Shown here piece after piece: positions 33,724 through 38,460 of a stretch of DNA of 38,460 bases. Numbering within the stretch: position 1 is the first letter of the stretch; each line of letters begins with the position of its first letter. The notes beneath the pieces were generated by a model. That model was not told the origin of the DNA, ran no database searches, and was given only the letters and a program-made list of their open reading frames with translations. Both the position numbers and the translations under genes were made by a program. The DNA comes from Parasitella parasitica NRRL 2501 (Eukaryota > Fungi > Mucoromycota). The stretch spans positions 5,820 through 44,279 of the forward strand of contig MU619413.1 in NCBI GenBank assembly GCA_025201805.1. Reading direction: 5' to 3'.

Positions 33724-35845
33724 TTAGTCACTCGGTTTTCTCTTTTTGCTTGATGATCTTGATAATTGAAATGAACTATAGGAAAGCCATGATTCCGGAG
33801 GATTGCATGGTTGACGGTGCATTGAACTGTTTGCTGTTAGAATGTAATCTTCTGCTTTTTTTACATTTTCAATAGTGATATTCTGTTTATATTGTTTAGA
33901 AAAGAAATTAAGGTTAGCAAGTTATAAACGTTTTAATCAAACACTTTGCTCTTACTTTAACTTGAACAAGCTTAGAAATGAAGGCAGGTAATAAATGCAA
34001 TTCTTCGATGTTTCTACATAAATTAACCTTTGATAACTTCACCATTCGATATGTGTAAGGAGATGGCATATCCATTACATATGTGTTTAAAGTTTCGCCT
34101 TGACATAACAGCCCGCAGACTGTAGGTTTAGGTACTCTTTTCTCTATTAAATCATTATACACAAGTTTCATCTGTTTTCCTAATTTGATCAAGTCAGATT
34201 CTACGGCTGAATTACGAGACTTGGGTTTGAATTCTGCGACAATAACGATACATTTAATATTAATGATACGGCTAAAGACCTGAAAGTCAGGTTTAAATGT
34301 CAAGTCTTCGTTTAAGGCGCCATTGGCCCTATGAAAATGTATCAAATTCAGGTAGATTAGTCATTTGTTCCCACAAAAGCTGCCACAAAAGCTGCTAACT
34401 TACCATCGAACAGTGAATTTCTTATCCGTACTATAAATTGACTGAAGTATGGGAGCTAAATAATGGTGTACATAAGAGTCTTCAATCGAACTATCATGAG
34501 AACCAGCAACAAACACAGGTAATCTAAATAAATATATGGTATCTATTAGTAACTCATTATAGCATGTTGGTGTTTATGTATATTTACAACTGCGTCAAAG
34601 TATGAGCCATATGTAAATCGACCTCATTGTCTTGTTCAGTCGCTTGAATTAAAAAATCAGTACATAATTTCAATGTTGACTTTAAATCATCAGGAGGATT
34701 CTTCAGATAAACAAGTTCATTACTTATCACAACACATGCATCAAAACTTATAGTATTAACTTACTTCAGCAATTTCCAGACACCAAACATGGGATTTATT
34801 TGGCTTGTGAGGGCGGTAACAGTTAAAGCTGATATCAGACATTACCACTTTATGCAATTCCGCTCCAAAATATTTGGTTATAGACCCATCAATATTTTCA
34901 TCAAAAATATATATGTCGTTAAGTGATCTACGAAATAAGATACTGTGAGTCAATCATATTCATGCTTAAGCATTTTTTTTCTTCACTTACAGGAGTCTGA
35001 TATCTGAAAGACTAGCTGGATTCTTTTTTAAACCTAATGTGTTTTCTTTCACCGATTTACATTTGTCAGATGCATTAAAATTCCCAATAATCCAATCATC
35101 GTCATCGCTTTGTTTATCTATTTCTTCAGAGGAGTTATCATGAAGAAGAAAATAATCTGCAGTCCGTTGGGGATGGTGGTCAAAAGTCAGATCAGATGGA
35201 AATTCAGCTTCTTCATCTTCATCAACTTCGCTATTTTCTTGATCTTCACTATCTTCTCTCTTTTCCAACTAAAAATAAATAAAAAAAGGTTTACTTTTTT
35301 GAATATGCCCCCTTTATATGTTTTTTAAAAATTTCTTCGCTTACAGTTTCGTGTGATCTTGAGCCTGACACTAATTCATCATAATATTCATCGCTACATT
35401 GTGATGTTATTAAAGTTGCATTTCTGTGTCCTTGTGTTCTGTTGAATTTCTTCAGTTCCTCCGTTTGAAATTTTATGATTCTTGAGGCGAACTTTTTATC
35501 AAACAGACTTTTAACATGATCCTGTTTTAAATAACGACTACACTTCAAGCTATACGAGGCCAATGTAGTATTAGTTTTCGTTTTTTGATGTATCGATTCC
35601 AAAGAGGTAACAATGTTATTAAAAACTTTTGTACTTTCAAGCGTATCGTGATAACATTTAATAGATTCAGCAATCAATTTAGTCACATTAGACCATTGAA
35701 TTGTTGGTAGATTATTGAACACCTCATCAATCATTAGTGAGCTGCATTGTTTCTCTGTCAACTTGAAATCTTTGATTCTTTTTTCCGGAGTAGGTTTTCT
35801 CATTATTGAATTCGAATCACTACTTCCTGCTTTTCTTTTAGGCAT
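33724..35845 (-). CDS. Uncharacterised 568-aa protein with a C-terminal PD-(D/E)XK (restriction-endonuclease-like) domain, 7 exons
   Basis: Exons 35845-35345, 35268-34991, 34927-34765, 34700-34588, 34523-34404, 34328-33956 and 33882-33724 sum to 1707 nt with no internal stop, and all introns are GT-AG. Motifs: EDSYVHHYLAPIL, KPDF, AEFK, DLIKLGKQMK, VCGLL. Confidence 0.78.
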
Positions 35846-36324
35846 AGTATATTTTGTTAAAGTGAAAAAAAAAAAAATGTTAATTCTTGCACACGCACAA
35901 GTTCGCGTCACACTTTATGATTTTGTGTGTGTAAATAGTGCGTGTGTATTATTTTTTTTTCCTACCTTTTTATATTATATATTCTACTCACCAACACCTT
36001 TTGGTAATATTAAAATGTCGTTGATACTTATACTTATATATTTACTAATGTCAATTAAAGTTGGTTGTATTTTATTATTCAGAAAAACAGTTTTTCATAA
36101 ATTACCATCCGAAATCTTTAATCCCTAAAATGGGTGATCCATACATGCACTTGCTCTCTTTTTAATCTACACGATCTGAAAATGACAAGTTCTTTTTAAA
36201 ATACTAGACTCTGAAATTACGGAGGGATTTTTAAAGAGGTAAACTCTGTATTAAAATAGGAGCAAGGTATTAATCATTTCTACTTTTGCAAGGTTAAGAA
36301 AAAGAGAAGTAGCTGAGTAAATAC

Positions 36325-36739
36325 AATCAGTCATTAAGACCTGGGAGAAGCTGATGTAACCGCCAATACGTCCGCCGGTCATTGTCTTCATGGCTTTGAG
36401 GCTTGGCAATGGGTGCATCATGGAGACTCCAGGCCGATTGTAGTAGCAAGTTCTAACCTTTTACCACTCTCGTATAAAGGTTATGGGATGGCGGTCACTA
36501 TAAATCCCGAACTGTTACGTGTATTTATAATGTGTAATCAGTCATTAAGACCTGGGAGAAGCTGATGTAACCGCCAATACGTCCGCCGGTCATTGTCTTC
36601 ATGGCTTTGAGGCTTGGCAATGGGTGCATCATGGAGACTCCAGGCCGATTGTAGTAGCAAGTTCTAACCTTTTACCACTCTCGTATAAAGGTTATGGGAT
36701 GGCGGTCACAATATAAATCCTGAACTGTTACGTGCATTT
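36325..36739. repeat. Near-identical ~200-bp tandem duplication (36325-36526 and 36536-36739)
   Basis: aatcagtcattaagacctggg...gaactgttacgtg occurs twice at offset 211, with differences only near the right end. Confidence 0.95.
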
Positions 36740-37299
36740 TCAGCTTCACTTGTTTCTGCAATATCAATGTTATTCCAAGGTAGTTTTTTTTTTTGTTATT
36801 AATTCCTTTTATTTGCAAGCCGGAAAATGTTTGTCTAGGATGAGGGTTTGAATTAATTTTCATCATAACTTGACGTCCCCACAAATGTACAAGTGCAGCA
36901 CCGTACTGATCCAATAAAGAAAACTTTATCAAGCGAGCCGGAGATCCTCCACCTGCATTGACTCTTCTTCTTTTGCTACTACTCAATCCACCGACAACCT
37001 AAAAAGACAAATCGTTGTTGTACACATTTTTTTTTACAGCTTACAGCATTATCCAGAAAAAAGCGAGCCTTTTCACCGGCGACAATGTATTGCATCTCTT
37101 GGGGCTCATGCGCAAATTTTACATCACACCAGTTACGAAATTCCTTGATCTTGGGCTCATAAGCTTTGTTTGTGTTTTCAGGGAGATCATCTAGCTTTGC
37201 CTGGTTTGTTCTTCCAATCGACTGTCTCATCTCCAGTTCAGTTTGCACACGCACAGAGTGCATATTAGAATTAATTGACGATTGTGTGTTAGAGTTCAT
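36325..37299 (-). mobile_element. Crypton-type (Ndc10-related) tyrosine recombinase remnant, internally deleted
   Basis: PENTNKAYEPKIKEFRNWC...GEKARFFL, in-frame intron 36999-37044, then DQYGAALVHLWGRQ...NSNPHPR. These match the N-terminal core-binding region of fungal Crypton/Ndc10-like proteins. Downstream LPSLKAMKTMTG resembles the post-catalytic LPxxAMRxxAG. The catalytic core is mostly missing. Confidence 0.75.
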
Positions 37300-38460
37300 A
37301 TTCAAGTATTTAAAATAAAAATTACTTTTGACCTTTTTGTGTTGAAGTCGCTACTTTTTTATAGCTTTTTTTTGCATTAATAATTCACATTTCTAGTATT
37401 TTCCAAGTCTTTCTCGATGTTTCTTCTAGTAAAACTCTTTTATAAACTGCTTAAAAGATATTAAAAATAACCTTAGACGATAAAATATATCCAGTAGAAA
37501 ATTTATTATAGTAAATATAGGTACAAGAATAAAATGCATTAGGCACACTCTCATGTCAAATAACAAAAGAGTTTATCCAATGATATCACTTTATTTTGTT
37601 AAAATCTGAATTTTAATTATTTTAAATGGGAGACCTCCAAGCTGGTTTCCCAGGCAAGTTTCCGTCAGTAGACACTTTATTGTTTTGAAGCTAAGAGAGG
37701 TGTGTTATCTTCATATTACCATATGATTTATTGTGGTGATCACAGTAATATTTACTTACAACCAATAACTACCAATACACAATCAGATACCATTATTTTC
37801 ACTTAATAAACCAGACATTTCGTCTCCTTTTAAACAAAAATGTTTGAAAAGCTGATAGCATCGCTGTCTACTTTTATTTTTATTCTTTGCATTAAATTGT
37901 TTTTTTGGACTTCGGTGTAGTGCAGAATACTTTTACTACGATTACGGAAAGCCTGAATCCTCAAGTAAATCTGAGATCACTTGGCGATAAAAAAATAAAA
38001 CTACATATTTGCATAGCTCTAAGTAAGTGTTTGTACTTTTAGAGTTGGCATCAAATGGACTTGGCCACTTTTCTGATTTTTTTTCGGAAAACTATTTTTC
38101 AAAATTGGAGCATAAGATCGTCAGACATGGTACAGACATACAAGTACTACCATTAAAAATTCAAGAAGCACAGCATTAAAATGAATTAGTTTGAAATTGT
38201 TTTTCTTTTGAATTGGGTAAGCTATCGCTTCTCAAAGCTAACGCTTTCTTCAAAAAAAAAAAAAAAATGTTTTTCTTTGATGACGGAGATTAAACGCATC
38301 CAAAATCTGCAAGAAAAGATTCTTTCAAAAACTCAATTTGGACAATTCACTATTATCTTAGATTTATTTTATCCTTTTCTTTTCCGTATAGTTATCCTTA
38401 TCCATATTTTCACATTGTTGAGCACCGCTTCTGATGGTCTGTAAGTCCATCTTTACGTGC

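Noticed and set aside
35269-35294. Alternative donor GTAAAC at the end of the 35291-35911 ORF
   Set aside because: It would give a 26-nt intron and break the frame; the GTAAGC donor at 35344 gives an in-frame 76-nt intron.
37310-38460. AT-rich tail including the 78-aa ORF 38208-38444
   Set aside because: The lysine run derives from poly(A), the start is TTG, and no motif, RNA gene or clear terminal repeat was recognised.

Overview
AT-rich eukaryotic DNA with short GT-AG introns (about 45-85 bp) and long poly(A)/poly(T) tracts. Gene content and transposon types point to an early-diverging fungus, most likely Mucorales; this is inferred from recalled family motifs, and no search was run. The window has three zones. 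(1) 1-6000: transposon debris (Tc1/DDE_3 fragment, KDZ-like fragment, solo-LTR-like pieces, a DIRS reverse transcriptase fragment, inverted duplications, one gap). (2) 6400-29500: a compact gene block (SAGA subunit Ada1, CRAL-TRIO protein, decayed MULE-like element, bacterial-type YeiH/UPF0324 transporter, Prr1-like kinase, Noc3, DNAJC7-like co-chaperone, P-type cation ATPase, tandem-BTB protein, small C2HC zinc-finger protein). (3) 30000-37300: more debris (DIRS, Helitron, Crypton-like tyrosine recombinase) around one apparently intact 7-exon, 568-codon gene for a PD-(D/E)XK nuclease-fold protein. That gene, and the possibility that it is mobile or is cargo of a Crypton-type element, is the best candidate here for an undescribed system. 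Exon boundaries were read by eye.
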